This document shows, one piece after another, positions 13,625 to 26,305 of a stretch of DNA of 64,000 nucleotides (its first letter is position 1; every line of letters starts with the position of its first letter). The translations under genes were made by a program, and so were the position numbers. Source of the stretch: Lingula anatina (taxonomy: Eukaryota; Animalia; Brachiopoda); NCBI GenBank assembly GCA_051362555.1, contig CM120648.1:9420587-9484586 (forward strand), given 5' to 3'. The notes under the pieces were generated by a model, which was given only the letters and a program-made list of their open reading frames with translations, was not told where the DNA came from and searched no databases.

Positions 13625-14033
13625 TAACTCATCCCTACTTTACCCTCAACCCGGACCAAAGAGAGGTATTCATTTTCACTATGTATTCACAGATATTTCT
13701 CTCGCTGAATGCAATCACGCTAGGAAATTAAGACGTGTCCTCCTGGTATTGAGTAGAATGCAGAAAAATTGTTTATTTACAGTGCTAAAGTTGGAGTGCT
13801 AGAGACGGAAAACTCGGACAAGCAGTCTCATAAATGTTGCTAAAAACGTGATTAGAATCCTTCATTGTGACATTTTAGGCCCATCTTTCGCTGAAAGCTT
13901 AGGTCTTAACTTCTGTCCTTCGAGATAAATAACATATAACAGTTTCAACAATTTCCAGTTGGTTGATATTCAACTACGTTTTTGAAGCGACTCTTATTCA
14001 CAACTTATTTAAAAAAAAATAAAAAGTTTTCAG

Positions 14034-14105
14034 AGGGGGCACCCGGATTTGAACCGGGGACCTCTCGATCTGCAGTCGAATGCTCTGCCACTGAGCTATA
14101 CCCCC
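14034..14105 (-). tRNA. tRNA-Cys (GCA)
   Basis: GGGGGTATAGCTCAGTGGCAGAGCATTCGACTGCAGATCGAGAGGTCCCCGGTTCAAATCCGGGTGCCCCCT: intact cloverleaf, A/B boxes, followed by an oligo-T Pol III terminator. Confidence 0.97.
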
Positions 14106-17041
14106 GATCACAACAACTGCAATGGAATATATTTTACATATTTATAGCAAACAATCTTGAGTCTTGCAGGGATAAGAGATTTGACCTGATTACGTTAAAT
14201 CGCAATCTCTTCGTCTCAACTGTAGCATTTTGTGCTCATCTACGCAACAAAGAAAAACATGTAACATGCCAGAATCAGAACCAAAGAAATATTGTACGAC
14301 CGCAACCTGATCGAAATAGGGTAGGCATGTAATATAATCATAAAATGCAAATTTCTGCATTAGATAAATAAATAAATAAACAGATAAAGAAAATCAATTT
14401 TATTTTGCTTAATTATTGCTATACGTAATAGGCCAAGTAACAAAAAATATACATTTTGTGAAATGAATCAATTAAAGTACAGTGTAAGATGTAGGGCAGA
14501 GGTCATCTAATGCCAAATTTTAGGCATGTCTGGAAAAATGAACCCAAAAGTTATGTAATTGATAGAATGGAATTGGAAAATAGTGTTTTAGATTATTCCA
14601 AATATATTGGTTTATATTTAATATGTATGTATGATTTTTTACATTTAATTGTACGATATGGCAGATTTATGGCTGTCATAATGCCGTAGGGAGTTTTCGG
14701 TTCAATTTATGAATAATGGGGGGGGGGGGGGGGGGGGGGGGGAATTATCCCTATTTCATAGGTTTGCTAAATGTGGACACAAAGAGGCACATTTAATTTT
14801 TCAAAGATTGCTCTAATATGTCAAGTAACACATTATATATTATGTGTATTACGACAATTAAAGTAAGTCAAAAGACAAAGGTCACCTGTGGTCAAATTTC
14901 AGGGATTTTCAGGAAATATCAACCAAAACTTTATTCAATTAAGAGAATGGAAATTGAAAATAATCTTTTGTATAATTGTTAATAAATAATTGGTCAAAAA
15001 AAGGGATGTGATGAGATACTTTATTTTGCAAATTGAGAAACTTATGGATGACACAATGTTGTAGGGGGTGTCCAGTACAATTTATAGTGAAAAGAGGGCG
15101 GGGAAGGAATAAAACGCTCAACATTTAATAGTATTTATCAAATGGGCGGTTAACAAACATAGCGGTGCCGGGAGGAGGGAGAGAGAGAACGCGTAAAAAC
15201 CGTTCGCTTCTACTTCATAAAGTCACAGTTATCAGACAAGAGAGCGAGAGACAACAACAGGTCGGTTCTGGTTCAAAAAGTCATAGTAATCTTTATTGAA
15301 ATTTCGAAAGACTATTTAATACAGAGTATTTGCAAATGTAAACATAAATTGAGATATTGTTTCTATAGTATGTGACTCACCTCACCTCCACAGTGACTCA
15401 TCTTACATACAGAGACTTTATTATAACATATTACTCTGCTACCAAAATAAGTTTTGTGCTCAAAACTTGTCATAATTTTCGAAGTCTAAACAATTTAAGA
15501 TTACGAGTTATATTAAATAATTCAAAACCACTTATTACTTATGACTTAATGACGTGATTTTCTGTTTAAGGTAAAACTGCATTACATTAAGCTTCTAAAT
15601 CACAATAGCAAAAGAGAAATAATGATCCTCATGATGAAGGTTACATATATCAAGACAATACAGATTTATTAACCTGCACACAAAAATAAACTGCATATAA
15701 ATAGCATAAAAATTAATTTTCCCCCTTTTGTTAGTTAACATAATTCAATGATACTACTTTATCTTAAATTTCTTAGGCACAATGCACGGTTTACCCTTTG
15801 AAAAATATACACAGGGAAAATTCAAAATGTATAAACCAAAAGAAGTGCTTCCTTATCTTTGTTAATAAAAAAGTCTTTGCTGCTATCATATGGCACTTTC
15901 TTGCTATGTATCACGGAAATCTACTCCTGATCCTAACACATTTCAATTAAAAAAATTGCATAACAGTCAAACATCTTAATAAAAAAATAACTGTTTGCCC
16001 TTTTAACCTGACAACAAAATATAGAGTCTGGACTATTTTAACCTTAATTATATTATTGTATTATGTATTATATTTGTATATATTCGGTATGTCACGAAAA
16101 CAAATCTATTTAACTACTAACTACTACTACCTTGCGCGATTTGCGGCTGAAAGTACAATTCATTTCACTGCTTTGAGGGTGCTACACACTCATGTCTTCA
16201 TATGCCATAAGGCGCGCTCCGTCACACTTATTCATAATCAGCAGTAACAAAACAAAATTAGCCGGAAAGAAGAATTTTCAAAATTTTCATATTTCAAAAT
16301 TCGCACCACATTCGGGAAGAAATTTCAAATTAACCTAAATTGTTATTAGAATACCATCGGAATACTCAGAATGCGCTTCAAATCCGCCTAGAATGATTAG
16401 TGCACATTTCTGGTGTATTAGCTCTCAAATGCAACTCAAATGTAGTTGAAACACACTAGGAATATCGATAATGCTGTCAGAATTCAGTCAGAATATTTAG
16501 AGTAAACTTCAAATGCTGTCCGAGTTTCTTTCAATTGCTGGCCGAAATAGAATTTCTGACAGCAATTGAGATTGCATTCGAGTTGCATTCCGGCTCATTT
16601 GAGGCACATGTGGAACATTCTGGCAGGATTGAAGTGTCTTGCCATTTCGGTTCTCCCTCAAATGCGATCAGAATATTTCAAATGCTGTTGGAATTCCGGA
16701 AGAATATTTTAATATTCTTAAAAGAATGCACTCGTAGTGCAGTTAGAATACACTTAGAATGCCATTCGATATTTTTCAACTTGGAATGCACTTCCGAAGT
16801 TTTAAGCATGAGCAAAACATTCCTACTGGACACAAGAATGGGCCCATATATTTGGAATGCAGTCAGAAGTTTTAGAACGCACTTCGAATATCCAGGAATA
16901 TACAATGAATTTTCATTCCGACAACATTCTAGCCCATTCCTCCTCTAGTGGGACTAGGGTATTAACGACTCTATCTGCTGTATCTGTACATGTAAAACTA
17001 AGGGTCACTTAAGCCCTTATATACATATGTATGTATAAATA

Positions 17042-17295
17042 CAGTGGCGGATTTAGAGAGATGCCAGAAGGGTCCTGACCCCCCCCCCCCCCCCCCCCCC
17101 CCACCCCTTCGGTGTTTGGAAAAAAAAACACATCAATATCCCCCTCTTGATATTTGAATTTTGGTAATTTTGGCACCGCTTGCCCTCCAAAATACCGAAC
17201 CCACACCAAGGGGGCAAGGGTCGGCTTCGCATCCGAGGCCTGACACTCTTAGAAAAAAAAATGGCCCCCCTTCAAGTAATCCTTGATCCGCCTCT
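17042..17295. mobile_element. short MITE (cagtggcggat...atccgcctct ends)
   Basis: Imperfect TIRs with internal poly-C tracts. Confidence 0.5.
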
Positions 17296-18369
17296 TATAA
17301 ACATCCCTTTTATATAACTTGTCAGTACAAATATCCACTAAAATATGTTGCAGATTGACATTTACAAGCAATTTCTTAAATGTTGCTTAAAATTCTGCAA
17401 TCAATAAATCAGTCAAATTTTATTTCTTTTTTCTCTCTATAGTACTGATATATATCATATATTGAATAATGCTAAATATGAATACAAATTATGCTCTATT
17501 ATTTTGCTAAATAATTACTTTAATTTGACCTCAAGTGCCTTTCTCCTTTGATTTTAATTGTTATATTGCACAATAATATATATTTAACGTCATTTTTACC
17601 TATCATAAAAATCATTTAGCAAAATAAATGAGCACAATTTGTTTTCATATCTAGCAAACCTATCAAATGGCGTGCAGATGTACAAGGACACTTAAGAATT
17701 TTTTACACTGAAATTTCTGCAATCTCCTCCTTGACCATTAGAGTGACGAAGTTGAAACTTACAGAACTTCTAGACCAATCATCAGGGATGGACATGGATA
17801 CTTCGAAATTTTAGAGCGCCCTTGGGTACGGCTTTACCTGGGGACCAATGTTTTTACAATGTCTGTATTGTCAACTCAGCCATCCACCCTTTGGCCATTA
17901 GATTGATAGACTTCATGTATCATTAAGGATGTGGGATGGGCCAGTCAAATTTTATAATTATGTGCGCATGGGGGTTGGGGGCGGGGGGGGGAGGGGTGTC
18001 CCTGGAGTAGGGTGGATGATTATTCTTTTACATCAAGTGTCTTTTCATGGATATTATATCATGTTGTTATTATGAAGATTATTTGCAACAATTTTACTTA
18101 TAGGATAAATATCAAGGGCCTAAGGTCCCTTGGGAGAGAGCAACGCTTTACAATGTGGGGAAGTTTGGGGATATGCGATGGCTACCCATAGACACCATCT
18201 AGTTAACTATAGCTATGGACAAAATTTTGGTGCAAAAGTCCCCAAGACTGTGGCCAATACAGACCGACAAAATTTATGCAAAAAATGCACAAAACAAGTG
18301 ATTTACTTGGGAGATGATGACAACGCACATATACTTTAACCAAGTTTTAGTCGTGAATTCGGCTACTTC

Positions 18370-19988
18370 CTATTCCTTAATTGTGGGTATTGGAGGCGAT
18401 GGCTGCGGGTCACCGTAGACTGTGTCTGCCCAGGTCCCATCGTGAGCCGTCGCTATACGGTAATAGTAAACCCTCTGACTCTCTTTCTCCGTGGAATCCA
18501 CCAATTTGAGATCTGTTGCTCCAAGTAGGGACTGTTTGGTGTTAAGGTTAAACACAGTCGCCCACGCTCCCCCCACAGTGTTATCCAGTCTCTCGAGCTT
18601 TATGAACGCCACGGCTGCGTACGGAAGATTATATGACACCACGACTGTCTTCGTTCCTTCTTCTAGGAGCATGCCGGTGATATTAGCACGAGGAGATGGC
18701 CGAATTGAGGGTATTGGAGGCGACGGCACCGGCTCACTGTACACTGCGTCTTCCCATTTCCCATCATGAGCCGTCGCTATACGGTAATGGTACTCCTTCT
18801 GACTCTCTTTCTCCGTGGAATCCACCAATTTGAGATCTGTTGCCCCAAGTAGGGACTGTTTGGTGTTAAGGTTAAACACAGTCGCCCACGCTCCCCCCAC
18901 AGTGTTATCCAGTCTCTCGAGCTTTATGAACGCCACGGCTGCGTACGGAAGATTATATGACACCACGACTGTCTTCGTTCCTTCTTCTAGGAGCATGCCA
19001 GTGATATTAGCACGAGGAGATGGCCGAATTGAGGGTATTGGAGGCGACGGCACCGGCTCACTGTACACTGCGTCTTCCCATTTCCCATCATGAGCCGTCG
19101 CTATACGGTAATGGTACTCCTTCTGACTCTCTTTCTCCGTGGAATCCACCAATTTGAGATCTGTTGCTCCAAGTAGGGACTGTTTTGTGTTAAGGTTAAA
19201 CACAGTCGCCCACGCTCCCCCCGCAGTGCTATCCTGTCGCTCTAGCTTAATGAACGCCTTGGCTGCGTACGGAAGTTTATACGTCACCACGACTTTCTTC
19301 GTTCCTTCTTCCAGGAGCATGTCGATGATATTAGCACAAGGGGGTGGAAGAGTCAAAGGAAAATGTTGGCTAAACACAGCAAACTCCCATTTTTGGCTGC
19401 GACTCACACACAGACGATAATAATAACCCCTGTGTTTTTTCATCTCTGAGTCGCTGAGCACCATCTCTCTGATTGTCTCTTCCTGTCCTTGACCGGCTGC
19501 GAATTTGGGTGGATGTTGTGCGACCTCTTTCCACTGCCCGCTAGGGCCCGTGTCTTCTGAACGCTGTAATGCTATGTAAACATCACCCTGGCATTTCACC
19601 TTAACAGAAGCTTTAAGCGAGGGTCCTTGATAATCTACCTTTATGATGCTTGGCTCTTGTGGCTGAAGGTCCTGTGAAATGGTATCGCTAAATCGTACAT
19701 CGCCGAGGTAAGAAATTAGCGGAACTTTGCTCATCCAAGATACTGCCACACGATAGTAATTCACTGGATTTTTTTTCTCTGAGGCATCAACGAGATACCG
19801 GTTATCAAATTTGCCAACTTCGCGGGTTTCTTGCACAACCTGCCACGAGTTCAGGTTTTCATCGTCGCACCTCTGGAGTTGCAAATGCATTTTATGTTCC
19901 CTGTATTTATCCTCAAACTGGAATGACACTTTAACGTTGCAGGTCCCAGGCATCACTTCTGCGTAGACGGCTTTAAAGCAAGGGGTTT
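18370..19988 (-). CDS. terminal exon of uncharacterised protein with five tandem FN3/Ig-like beta-sandwich domains
   Basis: Uninterrupted ~1.6-kb ORF; acceptor ttattttttag at 19989-19990 (phase 1), TAG at 18370. Each unit has L[EQ]R..D....W..V...L[VS]D......Y.YR[IVL].....V[FY]S. Confidence 0.85.
18386..19340. repeat. 3 x 324-bp coding tandem repeat (108 aa)
   Basis: gtggaatccacc recurs at 18491, 18815, 19139; units nearly identical. Confidence 0.95.
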
Positions 19989-21481
19989 CTAAAAAATAAT
20001 AAACTGATACATGAATTAAAGCACTTATTACTTGAAAAAAATTCGGGGACCAGAGGAGATATGATTGTGCCGTAAGTGTGCGTCATATGACGGCAAATGG
20101 TGTAAGATTCGAAGCTGCCTGGTCATTTTAGCTGGAAGTACACGGGAATGGAGCCATGAGTGCGAATTTGAAGCTTTTTTTTCGATGTCATGGTAAGATA
20201 ATACTTTTTCTTTTGGTATTTTGAGCTGAGAATACTTGTAGAAATACGCGGTGCATAGTATCAGAACGTGTCACGAAGTTTGAAGTTGCAAAATTGTGCT
20301 TATTTTTAGTCAACTTGTTTTAGAATAACTTGCTGTATCGACCGACAGCGCGAAAATGAATGTCACGGTGAAAAAAAGCGAGGCTGTAAGTCGTTGTCAT
20401 GTGCAATTTTTGCATGAATGCACTCTGATCTAAAATTGTCATCTTTGTCATGGGTGTAACGGGTCAACCAGTCTATATAATAATAGAGGAAAAGTCCGTC
20501 TTTGGTCCCACTAATCTCGATTGCAGTAAATACCCGTACAATGGCACCTTTCACAAATAATCCAATAACTCTCCAACATTGTAGAGAAAGTGTCAAATCC
20601 GCACAACAGCTACACTGTACCCTCTACCAGGGCGACAGACTGTTTTTCAGATATTCACAGATATGTCTCTAGATAAATAGACAGTCATTTTGGTCTGATG
20701 TCTGATGTCGATTCAGCCAAAAATAATCACAATAATAACTGCGTCTACGTGTATCCAAAAGCCTGATCTGGTCTATGGCCAAAACTTTGTGGAAAACGTG
20801 GAATATCTTGGGTGAGGAGCACGTCCATCTTGCAACTTTTGCAGGTCGCAGACAGCATGTAGACATTTTTCGACACGATCAACAGCCGCTGCGTGAGGTC
20901 TACGAATTCTCAAAAATCGTACGACATGTAAACGTGTAGCGCAAGGGACGTGTGAGGAGATTCTTTTTTTCAGTTCACAGCAGTCTTGATGCCATTTTGA
21001 TAAAAGGATATTAAAAGCACAGCGGCTGCGTTTTTGTGTGTCACAAACGCGTGTTTGGTGCCATATTGCAACGAGAGCCGGTATCGAGAGTAAAAAAAAA
21101 AAATAAATTACCATTCCAAAAATAGAGCAGAACTTGGCAAGAAGCATGAATCTATATATAAACTACACACCAGTGTTGACATTATCTTTATTCAAAGGTA
21201 CAGAAAAATACCAGCCTAAAAGAAAGTCAGCGAGCCTAAGAAATCGGGGAAAAATTGCGTCATTTTAATTCAAGACACGCTTGAATGTATCATAATGTCG
21301 CATCTCAGGCTAATTTCTCACAAAAAAGAAAATTTCGACACTGGAAATATTTTCCTATCGGATCATAGCTAAAAACAAGTATACTACACTACAATTATAC
21401 AATTTTGAATGCTCATCTTACAGCAACAAACAAGATTGCCTTCACCAAATAGGGTATTTAGAATTCCCCTATGAACAAATA

Positions 21482-22201
21482 TACTGAACAAAAATATAAA
21501 CACACGAAAGAATATGTAGATTCATTTTCATATATGGAACTAGAGTATATAGCCAAAAATAACAGCATATTTTAATCGACAAATAGACATCACTTTGAGA
21601 GCATTAGGGGAAGTTTAAATGCATAGTCCAAGAGTTAGGGCATCAAATACACCATGGGGGTCAACACCCTGAGTTCACAGACACCATTAAATTTGTGCAG
21701 AGCAGTACACCAGCGGCGCATGGACATCACTAAGTTGTCAATAGAGGCCTAAGGGGTATCATCCCATTCCTCTTGGAGTGCTTCTTGCAGTTGTCGAACA
21801 TTTTCGAGAGCTGGAACATGATGGCTGAAACTCTGATCCAGAACATTCCACAGGTGTTTGTTAGGCGATATGGTGCATAAGGGTGGTTCCTAATGATACC
21901 AGTGACAGTGGAATGATGCACATTCAGGCATGCTGCAACTTCTGTTACTGACAAGCCAGCATTGAGCATGCTGATGGCATGCTCCCTCATGGTTCCAGAC
22001 ATCTGTGGCATGTTGACAAGTGGCAGAAATACACATTTTGGTGTGTCCTTTTATTGCCTAGATGGTAGAGAGTGTCCGAGTATTGGTCTTGCAGATTGAC
22101 CTCTACTCCGTCATGCTCCATTAGTCTTATGGGTGTAAAAACTGAACCTTTGAGTATACTCACGGGGAGCGGCCAAGTGAAACCAAATCAATATAATTGA
22201 T

Positions 22202-22247
<46 letters not shown>

Positions 22248-22341
22248 CGCTTCACAAATAAACCATCAACCTGGGCATATTTCATGATTATCCATTTCAA
22301 CTGACCATTTTAGTTTCGTGCGTTTATATTTTTGTTCCGTA
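21482..22341 (-). mobile_element. internally deleted Tc1 element
   Basis: TIR tactgaacaaaaatataaacacacgaaa / tttcgtgcgtttatatttttgttccgta; ORF 21730-22011 begins with a Tc1 paired-like HTH (MREHAISMLNAGLSVTEVAACLNVHHSTV) fused to C-terminal remnants. Confidence 0.85.
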
Positions 22342-22612
22342 AAAAGGGAGATATGTGTAGTGAACCGTTAATTTCCATATATGCGATTTACATATTCGTT
22401 AATGCAAATTGTACCCACAATTAAAATTTAAGGTCTTAAGGCACGGCAAGTCGCATGTCAATCATAGAAGTTAATTTAAAATGTAAATGAAGTTCATGTA
22501 TAAAAGCAGTGACAGGGAGGGAGTTAGAGAGTTATAGATATCACAGAGAGAGATAGTAGAAGAGACCTGAGTCTTCAGTCGGTTGAATAAATCATGTAGC
22601 AGAAAACTATAC

Positions 22613-22650
22613 CTGCCTGTCTCAGTTGACTTATTGGTGAAAAAGTAACT
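22613..22650 (-). CDS. candidate 38-nt internal exon of the five-domain gene (VTFSPISQLRQA)
   Basis: ttcttag acceptor, cag|gtatag donor, phase 2 to 1; joins the 19988 exon in frame (...RQA-E-TPCF). Confidence 0.45.
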
Positions 22651-23276
22651 CTAAGAAAGTGTGTATAACCACGGACTGGTTATTACAGCACGTGCGCAAC
22701 ATAGCGAACCTTTCGAGATACGGAGCCCTGGACTGAAAATAAACTCAATTTTGCACCTTTAAGCTTCGCGGCATGTTTTTATATCATACTACATTTATTC
22801 TCAGCTGAAAATGCCAAAAGAAAAAATATAATCTTACCATGCCATCGGCAAAAAGAAATGCTTCAACTTGGTATTCAAAGCTCCACTCCTGTGTACTTCC
22901 GGCTAAAAATGACCTGGCAGCTACATGTCTTACACTATTCGACGGCATTGACAGCACTTCCAGCACAATTCTATCTTCTAGAGTACCTTTTATTATTCTG
23001 TTAATGTAGTTTGTGCGTTTGTTTGTGTGTTTGTGAAAAGTATTTGACCGGCTAAAGCAGTCACAACCCAGCGGGCAAATTATATTGTTTTAACGTTGAA
23101 ACAACGTTGAACCATAACATTGAGAAGACATTGGATAAACGTTGGATTTGAAAGTTGTGTCAACCTCAGATAACAACGTTACATCAACGTCAGAAAACAA
23201 TGTTATATCAACCCCACCCAGCGGGAAATTAGCCTGGATGTGTTTAGCAGTAGGACATGTTTCATGGCTAAATATA

Positions 23277-24939
23277 CAGCATTGGTCAAAAAGGTTGTCC
23301 CACCCCCATTTCCATGTACTTTTATTTACAAATGATCTCCTCACAGCTGTAAATTGTTAGAAATAGTGCTTTTTATTACAGACATCGTGTCTAACATGAT
23401 AAATGGTTAAAAAAATACAAACTAGTGGTGATAATATACACATTTTATACCATTTAGTATAATTTATAAGAGGTACCCCCGCAAATCCACTGTTTCACTG
23501 TGACTTCTACAGATGTAAAGAAATGTCTATAAAATTAAAAAGACGTCCTCAAATGTCACCAGATTCACACACAATTAGCATTAGGGTGTGCTCGTTAAAG
23601 ATCACGTGCCTAACAGCGTGTGCGTCTACCGCGTACTGCAATTATCTCCTGTAGACGGCGCGCCAAGCCTCCAACACGGGCAACAATTCTGTTTTGTGGG
23701 ATATTGTCCCAAATTTCTTCAACAAGTTGGGGGAGTTGGTCCACGTTTTTATGGGGTTGGTTCTCCTTTGCATTGCACACTCCAATTCATGTCACAGTTG
23801 ATTAGTAAGTTTAATATCAGGGCTCAAAGATGCTGGCTCCATCCTTAGAGCATTGTGTTTCTTCAACAAACACTTGCCAGGCGAGAGGTGTGAGCAAGTG
23901 TGCAGTCATGATAAAGCCTAGAGATAACCCCAAAGTCAGTTCTTGAATATGGAATGAGATATCAGCTGAAAATGCAACGTTCAGTGATCCCACAGGCACC
24001 TGAACCTGGCCATCCATCACTGGAAGGAAGTCGATTTTGATGCAGAATCAAATTATTTCATGTATCCCATCGATGGTCAAAGAGGGTCCATAGACATGTT
24101 AAAAAATGCCTCTTGGAAGGGTGTGTGTAGGATAATATCGCCTGAATTGTTAGATCAGTCCGCATTTGGAGAACATTCCAAGCCCATGGTATAAGTACAT
24201 TGTTCCTTTTGGAACAAAACGTAACAGGGGCATTTTAATGTAACATTCTTAACAAATATCTCACTCCATTTGCAAGAGATTACTTCAGAGATGCAACTGG
24301 CTTCATTGTGACAACGCCCTTGCTCACAGCTCTCGTCTGGCAAACGATTTGTTGCAGAAACACAGGGCTCTAAGGATGGGACAACCGTCTTTGAGTCCTG
24401 ATATTAATCCTACTAAGCACCTGTGGCATAAATTGGAATGTGCATTGTAAAGGGGAACCAATTTCTAAATAATCTTGACCAATTCCCCCACGCTCTTCAG
24501 GATGAATGGGACAATATCCCACATAACAGAATTGTTACCCATGTTGAAGGCTTGTCTTGCCGTCTACAGGAGATAATTGCAATACGCAGTAGACGCACGC
24601 GCCATTAGGCACGTGATCCTTAACGAGCACACCCTAATGCTAATTGTGTGTGAATTTGGTGACATTTGATGGCGTCTTTTCAATTTTATAGACATTTCTT
24701 TACATCTGTAGAAGTCACAGTGAAACAGTGGATTTGAGGGGGTACCTCTTATAAATTTTATTAAATGGTATAAAATGTGTTGTTTTCACCACTAGTTTGT
24801 ATTTTTTAACCATTAATCATGTTAGACACGGTTTCTGCAATAAAAAGCACTATTTCTAACAATTTACGGCTGTGAGGTGATCATTTGTAAATAAAAGTAC
24901 ATGGAAATGGGGGTGGGACAACCTTTTTGACCAATGCTG
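23277..24939. mobile_element. Tc1-derived foldback element made of two inverted 3' halves
   Basis: TA|cagcattggtcaaaaaggttgtcccaccccc ... ggggtgggacaacctttttgaccaatgctg|TA; ~335-bp near-identical arms; decayed transposase C-termini (WDNIP.NRIV...RLQEIIA.R.RRTR) on both strands pointing outward. Confidence 0.85.
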
Positions 24940-25005
24940 TATGTACGGTATTAATTTACGGCCTTTAAGTTAAAATATCCAAGGTTTAGTTTAATATATA
25001 TATTT

Positions 25006-25007
<2 letters not shown>

Positions 25008-25054
<47 letters not shown>
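25008..25054. repeat. (TA)n microsatellite
   Basis: Direct reading. Confidence 0.95.
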
Positions 25055-25056
<2 letters not shown>

Positions 25057-25560
25057 CAAAGTCACAGTCACCTCAACCTGTCTATCTATGACGGGTTACC
25101 AAGAACTATAACTCCATCACATTTACATCAACTTATTCATCCTAGTGTTAGCTGACCTTGCAAGGAATTCAGTTTATTGGAATGTATTTCTGAATAACAA
25201 GTTTAAAAAATTCACTAGTTAACTGAAGACACAAAACAACTGTCACTTTTACTTAAAAACCCTTTTGTTATTATATTGATAAACAAAGTATCATGTTTTC
25301 AATAATTAATATTTTAAATTACAATCCATAACTGCAAGGTTGTGTCATTGACCAAAATACAACGTTGAGTCAACGTCACATTATGACGGTGTTTCGACGT
25401 GGCTGGATCAACTGATTTTACTTTGAATTTTGGTAGATCAACTGCAATTCAACGTATCAACCTGTTTTCAACGTTGATCCAACGCAACTATGCCTGCTGG
25501 GAAGTTTTGAGATTTGTAGATAGATGATAGACCTATAATGAGCCGATCTGCCATCACTGC

Positions 25561-25747
25561 CGGTGTAACAGGAATGGAAGTCCGGGCTCCCATACGATTA
25601 GTATAGGTTAGGGTTAGTTGGAGCAAGGAGCTGTTGGAACTCCTTGTTGGAGTATTGAGGTTAGGAAATGGGACGAATGTACAATGAAATGGTACAAATT
25701 AATGGGAAGTGGACTACCGTTCCCAGCGGACTTCCCCTGTTACACCG
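25561..25747. mobile_element. short MITE
   Basis: TIR cggtgtaacagg / cctgttacaccg. Confidence 0.7.
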
Positions 25748-26102
25748 ATATATAACTCAATCTCACAGTATACGGGTTACGCTTTTATAGTGTGGAACGG
25801 ACAAATCAAAATCTTCTATGACAGATCAGGGACAATAAAGGGGTGTGGATTTTATTGATTGTAAGTCCACAGAAAGTGTACTTCTCCTTTAAAAGAGTGA
25901 TTGTTCTACACATTTTTCAACGGAACGAAGATAAACAATTAAAAATTACCCACAAAAAGTTCGCACCACGAAATATGCACCAAAGTTTATCCATATTGCG
26001 ATTACTTTATGTCTAAATATCATCATCAAAATGAAAAGTGCTGCCTATCAACCCTTTAAACCAATCAAAGGAGAGGAAACAGGGTCAGGTGATCACATGA
26101 CC

Positions 26103-26259
26103 TATATAATAGAGTGACTCGAGTAGCCGGTTGTCTGAGAGACCATATGCTCTTTATTCCGTCTGTACTAACTCAAGTGTATTACTGATGACGTAAACTC
26201 TACACATAAGATATACACGCGCATAAGTCAAACTACTACATTACATCCTTCTCCACTTT
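26103..26259 (-). mobile_element. probable 3' LTR plus polypurine tract of the Gypsy element
   Basis: Minus strand aaagtggagaagga (PPT) directly followed by TGTAATG..., internal AATAAA, ends ...attatata. Confidence 0.55.
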
Positions 26260-26305
26260 GAATTACTTTTACCTTGGGTTGAAAAGTAAATTAAAAATAA
26301 TAATT

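Larger units (their letters stand above)
23067..25501. mobile_element. non-autonomous CMC/EnSpm-type element
   Basis: Termini cccagcgggca / tgcctgctggg flanked by AA on both sides; subterminal arrays of caacgtt motifs; contains the Tc1 foldback. Confidence 0.65.

Noticed and set aside
13982-14332. 116-aa ORF containing GAPGFEPGTSRSAVECSATEL
   Set aside because: Antisense translation of the tRNA-Cys gene
16535-16948. 137-aa ORF
   Set aside because: Lies in a non-coding repeat rich in gaatgc/gcattc motifs; no domain pattern
18491-19420. Three repeated plus-strand ORFs (MESTNLRSVAPS...)
   Set aside because: Antisense shadows of the 324-bp coding repeats
22934-22997. 64-nt exon-like segment with gtaaga donor
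   Set aside because: Its only open phase (2 to 0) cannot be joined to the downstream exons
25157-25189. 33-nt phase 1-1 micro-exon (IHSNKLNSLQ)
   Set aside because: Frame-compatible but lies inside the EnSpm-type element and has a weak donor; not called without transcript data
25600-25670. Interstitial telomere (ggttagggttag)
   Set aside because: Only one or two units, internal to a MITE family also present at 266-433
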